Shown here in pieces: positions 1 through 12,949 of a stretch of DNA of 64,000 bases. The number at the start of each line of letters is the position of its first letter. The stretch's first letter is position 1. Source of the DNA: Takakia lepidozioides (Eukaryota > Plantae > Bryophyta); assembly GCA_030704615.1 (NCBI GenBank), contig CM060734.1:6758001-6822000 (forward strand), in the 5' to 3' direction. Below the pieces are notes generated by a model that saw nothing but the letters and a program-made list of their open reading frames with translations, was not told where the DNA came from and did no database searches. The position numbers and the translations under genes are program-made.

Positions 1-2638
1 CTCCTCCCTAGACCTTGCTTCGGGCTTCTGGCAAGTGCCCCTCACTGAGACAGCCAAAGAGAAAACCTCCTTTGTTTGTAGGATGGGTAAGTATCAGTAT
101 GAGAGTATGCCCTTTGGGCTTTGCAATGCAACCTCCACATTCCAGCGGTTGATGGACATTGTCCTTGGCAACCTCAGGTGGGAATGTGCTTTAATTTACA
201 TAGATAATATTAATGTTTATTCTGCTAGCTTTGAGGCTCATCTGCTGCATCTTCAGAGGGTGTTCAGCAAGCTTAGGACTGCAAGATTAAAGGTTAAACC
301 AAAGAAATGTGAGCTTTGCATGCCTGAGTTGCATTTTCTTGGTCATGTGCTGACTAAGGATGGCCTGCTGCCTGATCGTGCTAAGATTGAGGCTGTTTGG
401 GGGTTTCTTGTCCCTAGGGATAAACATTTGTCAAATCATTCCTGGGACTTGCTTCCTATTACAGGCAATTTATTAAGGACTTTGCCAAGCTCGCTCATCC
501 CCTCACCGAGCTGTTACTTAAGGAGGCCCGATTTGAGTGGAGCAAGCTGCAACAAGCAGCCTTTGATAGGGTAAAAGTGGCCCTCACCTCTGCCCCTATT
601 CCCATCTTTCCTGATTTTCTGCTTCTTTTCAAATTGCAAACTGATGCATCTGATGTTGCTATTTCTGCAATCCTGTGTCAAGTCATAGATAGCAAAGAAC
701 ACGCCATAGCTTATGTTTCTCGTAGACTTGACAAACATGAAAGGAACTATTCAATTTCTGATGAGGAGGGATTGGCTTTAGTTTTTGGAGTTAAGCATTT
801 CCGCCAATATTTGCATGCAAATTTACTGTTGAAACTGATCATCTACCGTTAAAAGCTCTTGTTAAACCTCGAGAATTATATGGGAGACTTTCTCGGTGGG
901 CTATGTATTTGCAGGCCTTTGACATGGATATAGTGTACAAGAAGGGTAAAGAGAACAGCAATGCTGATGCTCTTACACGCACTGATCCACCAACCAGCAG
1001 GCCATATGTTTCCCTAGATGATTTGGCTATTTCTGATTCTCAATCTGCAACAGCTCCTGATCTTGTTTATAATTTGCTTTGTGCAGATCAATCTTCTCTT
1101 GTTGCTGATATTCGTGAATTGACTGCTACTTAGGGATGGTCAAGCCTTCTTGATGGCTTTGGTTGATTCTAGTTGTGCTAGTAGGGACAGTGGATCTGAT
1201 GTATAGAAGCTTGGGGTGGTGTCTGATTTCTCATTTCTGCATAAGTCTTGTTGCTTCCTTTCTTGTAAAAGTTTGTTGAGTCCAACTGCTGTATTCCGGC
1301 ATGGCTTAGGCAGGAACTTAAGGCCTAATCAGGCTGCTCACGAGTTGTTTCAAATGAGGTGGGGAAAGAGTGGTTGGAGATAACTTGAGGCAGACACTCA
1401 TGTCCACCCCTGCTAAACCCATTGGACCATACTTCTGTGCAGACCTGCCATGGATGATTCACTGCACGCAGTGCTACTCCAGCAGTGTCTTACCGGACGC
1501 ACGCCAGCAACACTTCCTGATAACCTGAAGAAGTAGGTGTTGTATCACATCAGCACGCATCGTTGTATGAACAAAATGTTGTTCAAAGCGTGTACTAGGG
1601 AAGGAATTGTTTGCTATTTGGAGGTGCCACCATGGAGCCAGCTGACCTCTTTATTGGAGCGGTTTCATTCTTCGTTGTATGCCGGGCACCTGGGCATTAA
1701 GAAAACCATAGTTCCCATTCAGGAAGTTTACTATTGGAAATGCATACAACGTGATGTGACTGATTTTGTCTCGAAGTGTGAGGCATGTCGTGCTAATGTG
1801 CCTCTTCCTCAGGTTGGAGTTGTCTATCAATTACAGCCCTTGCCTGTCACTCATGCCTTTGCTCGTGTAGGCATAGACTTGGTGGGACCCCTCAAGCTCA
1901 CGTCAAAGGGACATAGCTACCTCTGTGTAGCTACAGATTACTTGACCAAGTGGGTGGAAGTCCGTCCTCTTTACACCAAGGATTCGGATTCCGTGGCTCA
2001 GTTTTTCTTGATGACATTATCCTACGCATGGTTGTCCACGGGAGATCTTATTTGATCAGGGCAAGGAATTCTGCAATCAGCTGATGACTGTCATCTATTT
2101 CAATTTTGGGGTGAAGCATCGAACGACAGTTCCATACCACCCTCAAACCAACGGTTTGACGGAGCGCTTCAACCAGACCATCTGCAGGATGTTGGAAAGG
2201 AATGGGGCTCTAACTCGGGAATGGGATATCTTTCTATCTCCTATAGTTTTTGCTTATCGTACTGCTGTCCATGCGAGCACGAGGAAAACTCCAGGCTTTG
2301 AACTTCTTTATGGTCGCAAGTGTGTCTCTCCTTTGCATTCCTCTCCTTTGATTTCTACTGTAGCTGACCCAGTAGACCTTGATACATTTTTGGAAGATTT
2401 GCATGCTCGTCATGTTGTTTCAGTCAATGATGCCAAGGCTAACATTGTGGTTGCACAAGCAGCGCAGGCTCGCAATTTCAACAAGAGGGTCAAGTACACT
2501 GATCACTTCTACGAGGGACAGACCGTGTGTTTGAGACTTCAACATGGCATGCATGTGTGCAAATCCAAGTCGAAGATCGGCGGCCCGTATCTGCTCTACA
2601 AGCTGCTGCGTGGTCAGCGTGCTCTGATTCTTCCTTAA
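1..2638 (+). pseudogene. pol: Gypsy pol pseudogene (RT, RNase H, integrase) with frameshifts and stops
   Basis: RT motifs MPFGLCNA and YIDN (catalytic YxDD mutated); RNase H LQTDAS, ERNYS, NADAL; integrase H..H/CEAC zinc finger, GIDLVGP, YHPQTNGLTER. Split over 5 ORF fragments. Confidence 0.93.
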
Positions 2639-3019
2639 GGCGCTAATACGAAATCCCATGATGAACCGGTTCACCTTACTGATTTGATCCACTCGACTTT
2701 GGTGTTTGATCTCACATGCATTAATGTGGAGGGACGTCGGTGGTACTCACACCTTTGACTTCTCAAGTTGGTCCTTCCTGATCTTTAGCTTAGTCATTGG
2801 CTGTATTTGCTTACTGCAGTATTGCATTAGATGGTGCCTCGCTTGTACTCCTTGCACGGTTTTCCTTCTTGGTGGATTTTGTCCCTAGACCCAATTTGCA
2901 GGTGCCGGGTTTTTCCCCATCAAGGTTTTGAATCCAGCAATGGAGGAGGCTCCACTTAGGGGTATGTCAATCTTAGTATTAGCTTACCTCGCGGAGCTTG
3001 GATTTTAAAGGGGGGGTAG

Positions 3020-3864
3020 CCTTCACATATGTGCTGCCACATTCTCTCCTTGCCTCATAATGGTGGTTTTCATTCAAACCTGACAGTGACCATCCCTGTC
3101 TTTATGTATTTGGCGGTACGCTGCAATACCGGTAACTTAGGCTAGAGCGGCTGCATCTGTACCGTTGGCTGCCCAACGGTTTGATCTTAGTCTAAATCTG
3201 GCTGTCTTGTTGCAAGCTGGCACGTGGCCTGGGGCTTAACCTCTGATCTCCCCTATAAAGTTAGCCCAATCTGGGGTCAAGGGTCTTTTGGTGAAATTGT
3301 GCGACAAGACATAGTATCTTCCCTCTCTTCTTTGACCAGTGTACTTATGTGGTGTTTGTACACAAGGTGTACATCTATGTGGCTTCGGTGTTATGCCAAT
3401 GGATGAACAGGCGTGAGAATCCTATGTGCCGTCCTCTGCGTGTTTGGGTGCCTGAATTTCTGCATTGCATGCTCTTCTGAACTATACCCCTTCATTTCTA
3501 GAGTGCTAACGGTGAGGAACGCCGCATATTCCTTCTGCTCAAAACAAGTCTTCACAAGGTTGACACAAGTTCCCCAAGAGATCCCTGACCATTTTGTTGG
3601 GAAGATGCCCAATGCCAACACAAGAGGACAGATCCTTGAACTGGAGTTGTACGCATATTCTCAATTGATGTATGGAACTTCAGTTGAGGCACATTCATGG
3701 GTGTTTATGCGAATTAGCTGGGCTCGTCAATTTTCAGTAGCCACGTCATTAATGTAGGACAACATCTTAATTTGGTTTGGTGAGTAGTCCTGTGGTAAGC
3801 TTGCATGTACCAAGGGAGATGTATTGCATCAACCGAATCCGCTTGGTACATCGTGATCATTACA
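3020..3864 (+). repeat. Putative 3' LTR of the first Gypsy element
   Basis: Follows the PPT, contains TATAAA at ~3254, ends in CA. The 5' TG is not intact and no second LTR is available for comparison. Confidence 0.4.
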
Positions 3865-3999
3865 ATCCTGAAACTATAACCTAGAAATTAGATGTTTGAA
3901 TTTTTCAGCTTAATATGTTCAGTAAGATACTTCAGCTAACTAACTTCTTAAAAAAAATGGAAACCTCGGAGCAACTGCTCACAAATTATAGGCCTCTTA

Positions 4000-4112
4000 A
4001 TTATAGTGAGGGAGAATATAATACCTTACACAACTATGTAGCAGGATTTGAGCCTGGAATATTCTCGTGGGTGGCCATAGTGCACCATCACTTGAGCTAT
4101 CGACTCTGTTCC
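4000..4112 (-). mobile_element. tRNA-derived SINE-like element (old copy)
   Basis: Minus strand reads aacag...TAGCTCAAGTGATGG (A box-like)...GGCTCAAATCCtgctac (B box-like) with tRNA-like spacing. It shares head and post-B-box sequence with the element at 18073-18287. Confidence 0.6.
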
Positions 4113-4245
4113 GAAAGTGTTGCAGCTTCAAAAGTTATTTAAAGGTTACCTTGAGGTAAAAGTGCCGATGAGATCAGAAAGGTTTACTGAATGTACAAAC
4201 AAATTGACATCCTCATTGTCTTTACATCAGACTTATGGTGGAGTC

Positions 4246-4291
4246 GTCCTACCTGTTCTCCAGCCTGAGTCCTACCTGTTCTCCAGCCTGA
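4246..4291. repeat. Short tandem duplication (GTCCTACCTGTTCTCCAGCCTGA x2) in the 3' UTR region of the PYROXD2-like gene
   Basis: Direct repeat read from the sequence. Confidence 0.85.
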
Positions 4292-4341
4292 GCCTTCGTC
4301 ATATACAAAATTGGAAATAGTAGGCAGGGGGGGGATATAAG

Positions 4342-7300
4342 TTATTGTGCCCTATCCTGAAGGACGACCCTGGCAGCATTTCGACCAGGAGCTCCCATAA
4401 CACCACCACCAGGGTGTGCACCAGCCCCACACAAATAAAGTCCTTTCACAGGTGTTCGATATCCAGACCTGTGTTCGATAATCAATAATTAGCATCCAAA
4501 GTTTTTGAGCTAGGGACAGTTTACAGTGCAGTAATAATCATTGAATCAGAAGAAATACCTGCATGAAAATATGCTAAACTCACCAGCCCTTGAGAGGCCT
4601 AAGAAGAAAGAGAGCATCCAATCCCATTGCACCATGAAAAATGTTACCACCTGTACTATGAGAGGCAACAAATCATCACACAGCCTGTCAGCAATTTCTT
4701 AGATGGAGAACCATAGCACTGTTGCCATATTTGTGTTGTAAAGACATCCGGTACTCAGACAGCACATGCAGCCATGTTACCACAAAAATTGCATAACCCC
4801 TCTCCCCCGCCCCCTTGAGGCAAACATGTTGAGGTACTTATCAGTAAAAAATGAATGCCCTATGAGGTTTTCAGGTGTTGAAAATGTCTTATCACCACCA
4901 AGAGGCCGATGCAACTTCCTGCAATGGCTAGTTTGTATTGATTGAGCAAAGCGTGGCTGCACAGGGATTAGATATGGCACTAGTTCAAGAAGTACTCTGC
5001 ACCAGATAAAAGGGTGAGTACACGCATAGGTGATAAAGAACAATTCTGTAATCCCCCTTTCGAACTGGATTGTGCAGCAGGATTCCCTATGCACTTCTGA
5101 GGAAATTGGGATAATGCTACCACTTTACCAGAAACGTATGTGCCCCACAGGGGTGTAAGTCACTTTGAGCAATGTGGCTGTTTGGTTCATAGCACCTAAT
5201 GAACAACAACCTTGTTGGCAGCAAATGCAAGGGCAGTTTTGTAGGGATTTGCAGAGAAAGAACTAAAAGGAAAAAACTCTTTCATGTAGTAGCAAACACA
5301 AGAGTCACGAAATGCACCTGTTAGGCCAAGAACTCGCTCCAAGTCAGGAGGGGTAAGCATGTCATAGCCAACAATGGAGGAGCTGAAGCCTGGAGCATAT
5401 TCATCCACCAACTCAAAACATGTCTTTGCAAATGCCTCCTGCGTAGATGGCAAACAAAATTGTGCTTAACCCAATGATTGGTGACTTATTTTGTTGTATC
5501 GTTTGAAACGTGACCAACCAAATTATTGATGCCAAACTCAGTAGAGAAAGGTTTTCTTCTTTGTGTCAGGAATATCTATGAATTTCAAACTTGTGACCTG
5601 CTCAGAAGGACAGTCACGAAAACACTTACTCGAGTTGCAGGGTCTTGCCAGCTGCCATTCGTCAAAAGGAACGGTGTATACTGCACAAACATGTTGACGA
5701 CGTGCTTTCCTGGCGGAATCAAACGGACTCAGTTCAAGACTGGACAGGTTTAATCAAGAGTTCAATATCAGCAAAATCAGAGAAAAACATTGTAAGCATA
5801 TTTGCAGGAGTTCTTTCGTCCAGGATTCCCAAATTGTAATGGTGACAAGTGAGTGGTGCAGAAGCAGACAAGCGCACAAGAAAAGAAAGAAAGAGAAATT
5901 TCATGACGTCCATGGGAAGCAAAAAACAAGATGGAAATTGGGGCCTCCAACAATCAGCCGCCACAACCATTCAACTTGGAGAGATTCTTTAACGTGGAGA
6001 ACCTCGCGTAAACATGCCGCAAGGCATGTCTGATCTTTGCAATGGAAAAGGAGTGGCAGTCTTTAATAGGCAAAAATAGCAGCCCCAGTTTTTGTAGCAG
6101 AGTGGACGGTCAAAGAAGAAACATTCTTAAGTCTCAATCTCTAGTCTATCTAGTTTAGCCTGTCTTGTCTCACGCCGTTGTTTAGACAATGGTGTTCAGC
6201 CGCTGTGTGAAATTAGTGGAAAAAAAGGATGTGAGAAACAAGATCTGCAATAAAAATTTGCCAACACCAACCTTTGGGGGCAATGGTGTGATCCAAAACA
6301 GAGGGGATGGTCATTTCTATGAGTGGTCTGGCAGATGGCTGCCCATTCATCGCATCCTTATATGCCACATCAATTTCTTCCATGCTGCACCCACCAGGGA
6401 TTGAGCACAGCTCCGGTGTCAAAGTGGTTCTATCTAAGTACTAGCACTGTTTGACGGCGTAGCTGCGAATTAGGAATGAGCCAGAGACAGTCTGTGAATC
6501 AGCATTACATACATTATGTAGTGAGTAGGAAAGTAATGGGTTAAGCTATTTGTGTTAAGATCAATTCCAACGACCTCGATTCGACCTCTTTTACCTTGCA
6601 ACAGATGTAACACATGTGCCTTGATTGTACTTCCACAGTAGCCCCAGTAGACAACTTCTTGGTTTCAGTGAAAAAAAAAAATGCACACTTAAGCTTAAAA
6701 AGGCTTTTCTCTTGAGAAATTTATTAGATTAAGGACTACCTATCAGCACCGAGATGAATGGTCCCATAATGTTCAGGTCCGGGCCCCTCTCCTGAGTGTG
6801 TACATGCTCGGAACCTTGGTAATGCATCCACTGCTACATTTATCTTTGTTGTTCCCTGATATATCAACATGCAGAGTGAGTGGAGAGCTTCCCTCGGGTA
6901 CCAACGTATTGAAAGAACATGTCAACACCTAACCAAGAGGTACTTGCATATATTGAGAGAAATGGAATGGTACTTTATAACGTCCATGGAAAGCTCATAG
7001 AGCTTATGGGACAAAGTGGAAGAAAACATGAGAGAGGAAACAAAACCAGAGCCAAAAATAGAACTATTGCTCGAGTGATTGTCTAAGGGTGAAGGCCTCG
7101 TGCAGGTAAGCTGCCAAGCATTTCTGATCCTTATAGTGGAAGACTTCAGTGGGAGATTGGGTTTTGTGGAATAGACAGTGGAATCTCCCACGGACCTCGT
7201 AGTATAGAGGGCAATAGAAGAAGAAGTGTTCTTCAGTTTCAATTTCCCGGTTGCGCCCTGTGCAAGCTGGACATAGGCGAGAGAGAAAGGAACCCTTTCA

Positions 7301-10300
7301 TGCTACTGAGACATCTTCAACAATGAAAGGTGTGACAAACCAACCTTCTAGACATCAGCAATGAGAAAGGGCTTGGATGAAGGAGCATACAGACTTGTAG
7401 TCGATGGATTTGACACCATTCAAAAACTCCTCAGGAAGGACATGATCTGGCATCAACTTCTGCCATGGCCCAACAAAATCTCAACACAAAGTCTCGCCAC
7501 AATCCACTGCAAAACTATCAACAACTGTAGCCTGCTCAAAATCCACTAATACTCGTCCACTAAAAGATACCGATTAAATGTCTTTGAAGCATAAGAATGC
7601 CTATGCTGAGCTGTGTGGAACCTTTCTGCACCAGAAGCCACTGTGTTGACCACTATAGGGGGGGACAAGCTCTTACCAAGAATGTAACAGCTGGCGTGGC
7701 GTTTGAGAGAACCTGTCTTGCTCGTATGCACGTCCCATCAGCAAGTACAACCTAACCACTGGTGCCACCAATGTTAAACCCCAAATAAGATGTGAAATTG
7801 AGCAAGAGAGAGAAGACTCCAGCCAAAGCCAGCAAGAGCCACTTCCTTAGGAAACTAGGGTACTGCCCCGGCTAGGGAGTGGGCTCTATGCAAACACCCC
7901 AAACCTACTAGTCAGTCTGCTGCCACTTTTGTGTCTGCGTTTGATAGTGATAATGGCAGTGAGGAAGTGAATAGCAGTGAGGTGAATATCTCTCATGCAA
8001 GTCATAGGTTCAAAGGGTAAGGGAAGGTTATCATAAGATCATGTATGCTGTGGGTATGTATGCCACCTCGAACACCAGCTAGTAGAGGTCCTGTGTTGCA
8101 ACCATGTTGGCAAAGGGCTAAGATTAGGGGGGTGTATTTTTCTCATTTGGATTGGATGGCCTGTGATGGGAATCGGTTGTGGCGAAATGTGAGTTGCAAA
8201 ATTCCAGTCTCACCAAACTCACTGACATGTTTACTCTCAAAGAATTACCTCCACAGAGGGCAGCCATTCCATTCATCACCAGGAGTTTGATAGCCCCATT
8301 TCACATGAAGCAGAAGATTCGGAACTGTCAGCAATTTACCGATTGAAGTTCTAGTTGAACATTATCAGAGCTAAAGAGGGAAAATCTGCTGTAGCAAATC
8401 CTGTCACCATAAAAACTAACCCTGTCCTGCCCCTTCTTAGCTTGACAACTCATGGGAGTCTACACTCCTTATGCAAATTGCACTGCATCCAAAAAGACTG
8501 ATCAAAGGTTATGCTCACCCCAGTGACAGCCTTCTCGCTGCGGTCTTCTTCCACCAAAAACTTTCTTGCCTGACAACGACAAAAACATAGCACACTCAGG
8601 GTTTAATTCTTCACATTCAAGTCATGGCCTCTCTTTCTCCCCTCCTTCACTTCCCCTGCACATAATTGTTTGCATCCACTCGGTCACATCACCTATTTCC
8701 GACCAATAAATCACATAAAGTTCAACATTGACCTCCACATTGGTGACCAAAGTTGCCCCGGCTTCTTTTGCTGCTCTGGCAATGGCCATTGACGCTGCCC
8801 CCATTCCTCCTTCCACATATCTAGCCACAATAGAGTTTTGTCATTGCAAAACACTGCATGTTTGTGACAAGTTCAATGCATGTTGACAGGCACATTTTTA
8901 CTAAGTCGCACACCACTTGACCTTACAGTACATCTCAAATTGGCTACAGGGGAATCTGCACACCAGTTTCTCCAGAGTGACAGTGGATTGAAATGCTGGA
9001 AGCAAGAAAAAGAGGGGTTGAAAGTAAAGAGATGGCAACTCCTACCAATGATCATCCTGAAGGGGGGTGGGGGTGAAGTGGGTTTCAAAGAATCAACAGT
9101 TTGCCCGTTCTTACAAAACAAGGAGGAGAACTCACGACCATATGCCGCGAGCTCCATTTGTTTCACCCATGACATGATGCAACAGCACATATCCACTGCC
9201 TGGTGTATGAACACTTGCCTGCATTCCACATTTTTGTATTTCAAATCTCTCTCTCTTACTCTCTGTGTCTGCCATCCTCCTCAATTCCAGTTTCTCCCTA
9301 TCTTGATCTTGAGATACACTCGGCTGGAGTTGGAATCCTCACCATAGCTCCAATGACTGCATCTGTTGCCAAAGTTGCCTTCAACACATCCGACTGCCAG
9401 TACAAACCATCCAAACCATCCAAACCATCCTTTCACTCACATTTGGATGTTTAGAACCACAATTTCCCATGATCTCTTAGAGAATGTCAAAAACTAAACC
9501 ATCTGATGAGTCTAAACCCCTGAAGGAAGAGCCTTAGGCTCCGATTGGCCTATATATACATAACTGTTCCTGGGTCAGTCGGAATATCTAGATGAGTCTC
9601 TTGACAACATGTTACCTCAAACCAGTGGTTGAGAACTTTGGAGGCAGGAGCAAGCAGCAGCTCCATGAAGGACCTGACAACACCTCAGCAAATTATCAGT
9701 GTCAATCAATACCTCTCGCATGTCCAGAGCCATAACTTTGAAAAATCCAGCAGTCCCCTGCAGTCCCCTGCATTTCCCTGCCCCCCAACCCCATGCCCTC
9801 CAGTTCTTTCTTCCTTGCTACTTTGTGCCCACAACGTAACTTCAAACAACAGAGTAACACAAGCACTACAAAAGGAAAATGAAAGAATTTGAGTCACGAT
9901 ACTACACAAAAGAACATAAGCATGTTGACAACATTGATTTACTCTTACGCAATCTCATGTTGCTCCAATGTCACTGCCCGTTTCAACAGGCCTCCCAGCA
10001 CTTTTGTCCTAGACCATCTGTCCCATATTTTTCTCTTGAAGGAACCTTCACCCAAGCCTGTCTCGGGAGGTATTGTGTCCAAGAGAGGATCCATTACTGA
10101 ACAGAACTTTCCTAGCTGCTCCTCATAACTGCAGAGTAAAGCACAAACATAATCAACAACAAAAGTAACTGAAGATTTCTCCCATGCACGGAAAAGTCTG
10201 TTCTTCAGTCTACACACAATGAGGTACATAAGAGTTCATTAAATTGATCCTGGCTTGGTGCAGCTGATAATGACGAGTGCACTTCTGAGTATGCCCCCCC

Positions 10301-12794
10301 ACACCTCCTCACTTCTTTTAAGCCGTCATGATATCCACTTCTCTTAACAAGCAAGTACAGCAGCGACTTACCGTGGATAGGCTGCTGCATCGATTTTTGA
10401 AAACTTTGAGATTTCTGCCTGATTCAGTGCTTCATCAGGACCCATCAGAAGGAACTGGCCATCCACGGTGGGTGTGAATGAGGATGGGTTTCTGGGTAGC
10501 AATTTCAAGCCATGCCTGGGCAGGTCAAGCTCCCTGACACATCAACGGGTCGAAACTTAAGTCATGGAGACAACAGACAGTTTTTGTAGAAACAGACTTT
10601 TCCTACACAAAGCCCGCTACAGCAGCCACCCAACCCACTGCCACTGGAGAGGATACCCATTTAGGCTTCCCTGCTAGGAATCCTGACAATATATACTTCC
10701 ACTACTAAGCAATTTGGATGCTTACTGAATGATCCCAGGCCGGAGAAGGCTTTGCAAATAACTGGCTCTTGAAAACTTGAAGCCTGGGACCCCTTCCTCA
10801 GTGACTGCTGCCCCTCCCAGTACATGGCGCCTCTCAAGCACTGCAACCTGGAGACCAGCACGTGCCAGGTAGGCTGCGGCTGTTAGGCCATTGTGGCCCC
10901 CCCCAACAACAACTGCATCCCACACCCTGCAGACATATAAAAGTTGGTAATGACTGCTTTATTTATTAACAGAGTAGGTTCTCATTTACCATTTCCTGCA
11001 AAAATCAGTTATAAGGTACCCTTTGAGTCTAGTCCCCACTGGATACTAACCCTCCCAAGGATAGGCCCTCTGAGAGAGATTGCCATAGAACTTGCGCACA
11101 GTCCACAACAATACACTTACAGGAAATCCTTTTGCTTGCCACAGATGTTCCATGTATTTGTACGGGTGCACTGCCACTCACTGTCTTCTTCTTGACAGAA
11201 AAGGGCACTCAAGAAGACAGCTCAACTATATCAAAGGGGATGAGAAGAAAGACAGTACATTAATTACGTCCACAGGAGGCCCTGGAAGGTCTATGAGAGA
11301 ATGTACTCATAAGACACTGTTTACCGTGGCCTTGTCGCGCCATAGACCCCGCGCCCAGCTGGGGTGGAACAAAAGGGAACAGACACTACCTTTGTGAGGG
11401 GCACACTCCAGTAGTGGGACTTACCTTTGTATAAACAGTTAGTTCGGGCTTTCCAGATATCCTCTGAAAGCCCTTCATACAAGCATCAATCTGCTGTGTG
11501 TGAGCTGCTGGCAATTAGACCCCAACAGGGCCAGGGCATTAGGCGCCCTGGCCATGAGATTTTTAAAGTTGGTGAACAGAGGTGCGGGAACAATGTCTTC
11601 AGGCTGCCTCCACATTGGGCAATTACAATCTCCTTTTCCTATCTGCATCTGTTTATTGTTCAATGGTAGGCTCCCTGCCTGAGTTTAAATGGTACCCTCT
11701 TGAGCTAGAAGTTGGGACGGACTTTGATGGGGCCTGTTATTTGTGTTCTCTTTGCATTAATTTTGTTTAGTAATTGATAATTCTACCCTGGGGTATCAAA
11801 CTTATGAGTAGAAAATCATTTTCTGCCTCTACACTCCTTTCAATACTCAAGAACTTCTGAGAGACTGTATCCCCAATATGGGCTTGCTCTGTCTGCCTCT
11901 TTGCCAGAAATGTTTGGCAGGCTATTTTCAGGAGGAACTCCGTCTTTGTGATTCTATAAATCCCAATCGACACAAGAAGGGACACCAAATATTCACTGCC
12001 TTTGATGAAGCGACCTCAGACCTTCCAACAACAATTAATGAAGCATAGACAATTGAGTCCCCAAACCCTGAACCCTGCTCATCAATCCAATCTATTCACC
12101 TGATTTCCTTTTGGGAAAGTAAGAATGAAAATCCGATAGGAATTAGATAAAATATAGCAAACATATACGAGGTCCCCTTGGGAAATTGTCCAGTAGTGCG
12201 CAAGTTAATACTTTCCAAGAGAGCCAATGTGCCCACAAATAGATTCAACCTGTAATTCCTAGACATTCATTTCACTGTCCCAGTTTCAGCCCGGACTTCA
12301 AAAAATCCATAGTCATCATCGACCTGAAACGATGCTTCAACCTTGCAGATCCGTGTGCACTCGCCATTCAGTTCGTTCATGTGGATTGATTCCACTATGT
12401 ATTAAATGTTTGAAAAAGAAACAAAATACAACCTTCAAAGACAGCTCACAGCATGATGCTCACAAACAGCATCCATCGCTCTTCACAGCATTACCAGCAA
12501 CGTTCACAATCAAACACCTTTCACCATGGAAAATATGACTCTTTGGAGAGAAAGTCAAACGAAAGATGGGTTATTGTGAAAACAAAGATTACTACATTCC
12601 AACTACATTTTAGTGTCTTCCAATTGTGAGTGTGTGAGAGAAAGAGTCAAAGATAAAAGAGATACAAACCTGTCAGTAAGCCAGGTGGTGCCTCTTAATT
12701 CGGCATCCGTGAACAACGTCCGGGGAGCACCGCCAACTAGAAACAAGGCACGAACGAGGGAAGGCGAGAGAAGAGCGCGCCTCCATGGCTTCAT
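4342..12794 (-). CDS. PYROXD2: Pyridine nucleotide-disulfide oxidoreductase domain-containing protein 2-like (phytoene dehydrogenase-related FAD oxidoreductase), 17 exons, 588 aa: complement(join(4342..4468,4584..4650,5318..5438,5630..5709,6272..6384,6740..6855,7391..7459,7677..7751,8519..8569,8733..8820,9136..9218,9343..9393,9616..9673,9949..10128,10372..10533,10726..10926,12670..12794))
   Basis: All 16 introns are GT-AG with consistent phase; the exons total 1767 nt with no internal stop. Motifs: [23 protein letters not shown] (FAD binding), [68 protein letters not shown]. The Arg-rich N-terminus resembles an organellar presequence. Confidence 0.93.
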
Positions 12795-12949
12795 GGCTTC
12801 CTGCCTCTCCTTACAAGATCAAAAACTAGGAGCGCATCAGTCCGCCACCGATTCTCCAGCCTGTCTCTCAGCTTCCTTGGGTAAACAGCTTGGATGGATA
12901 AAACAGTCTTATCATCCATGAGGACAAGACCTGGATAAGTACCTGTATG

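Larger units (their letters stand above)
1..3864 (+). mobile_element. Decayed Ty3/Gypsy LTR retrotransposon, 3' portion (runs off the left edge of the window)
   Basis: Domain order RT-RNaseH-integrase, followed by a polypurine tract AAAGGGGGGG (~3007-3016) and a probable 3' LTR ending ...ATCATTACA at 3864. The right boundary is tentative. Confidence 0.9.

Noticed and set aside
4030-4112. Functional tRNA gene (also 18150-18287)
   Set aside because: No complete cloverleaf or acceptor stem; the tails indicate a SINE.
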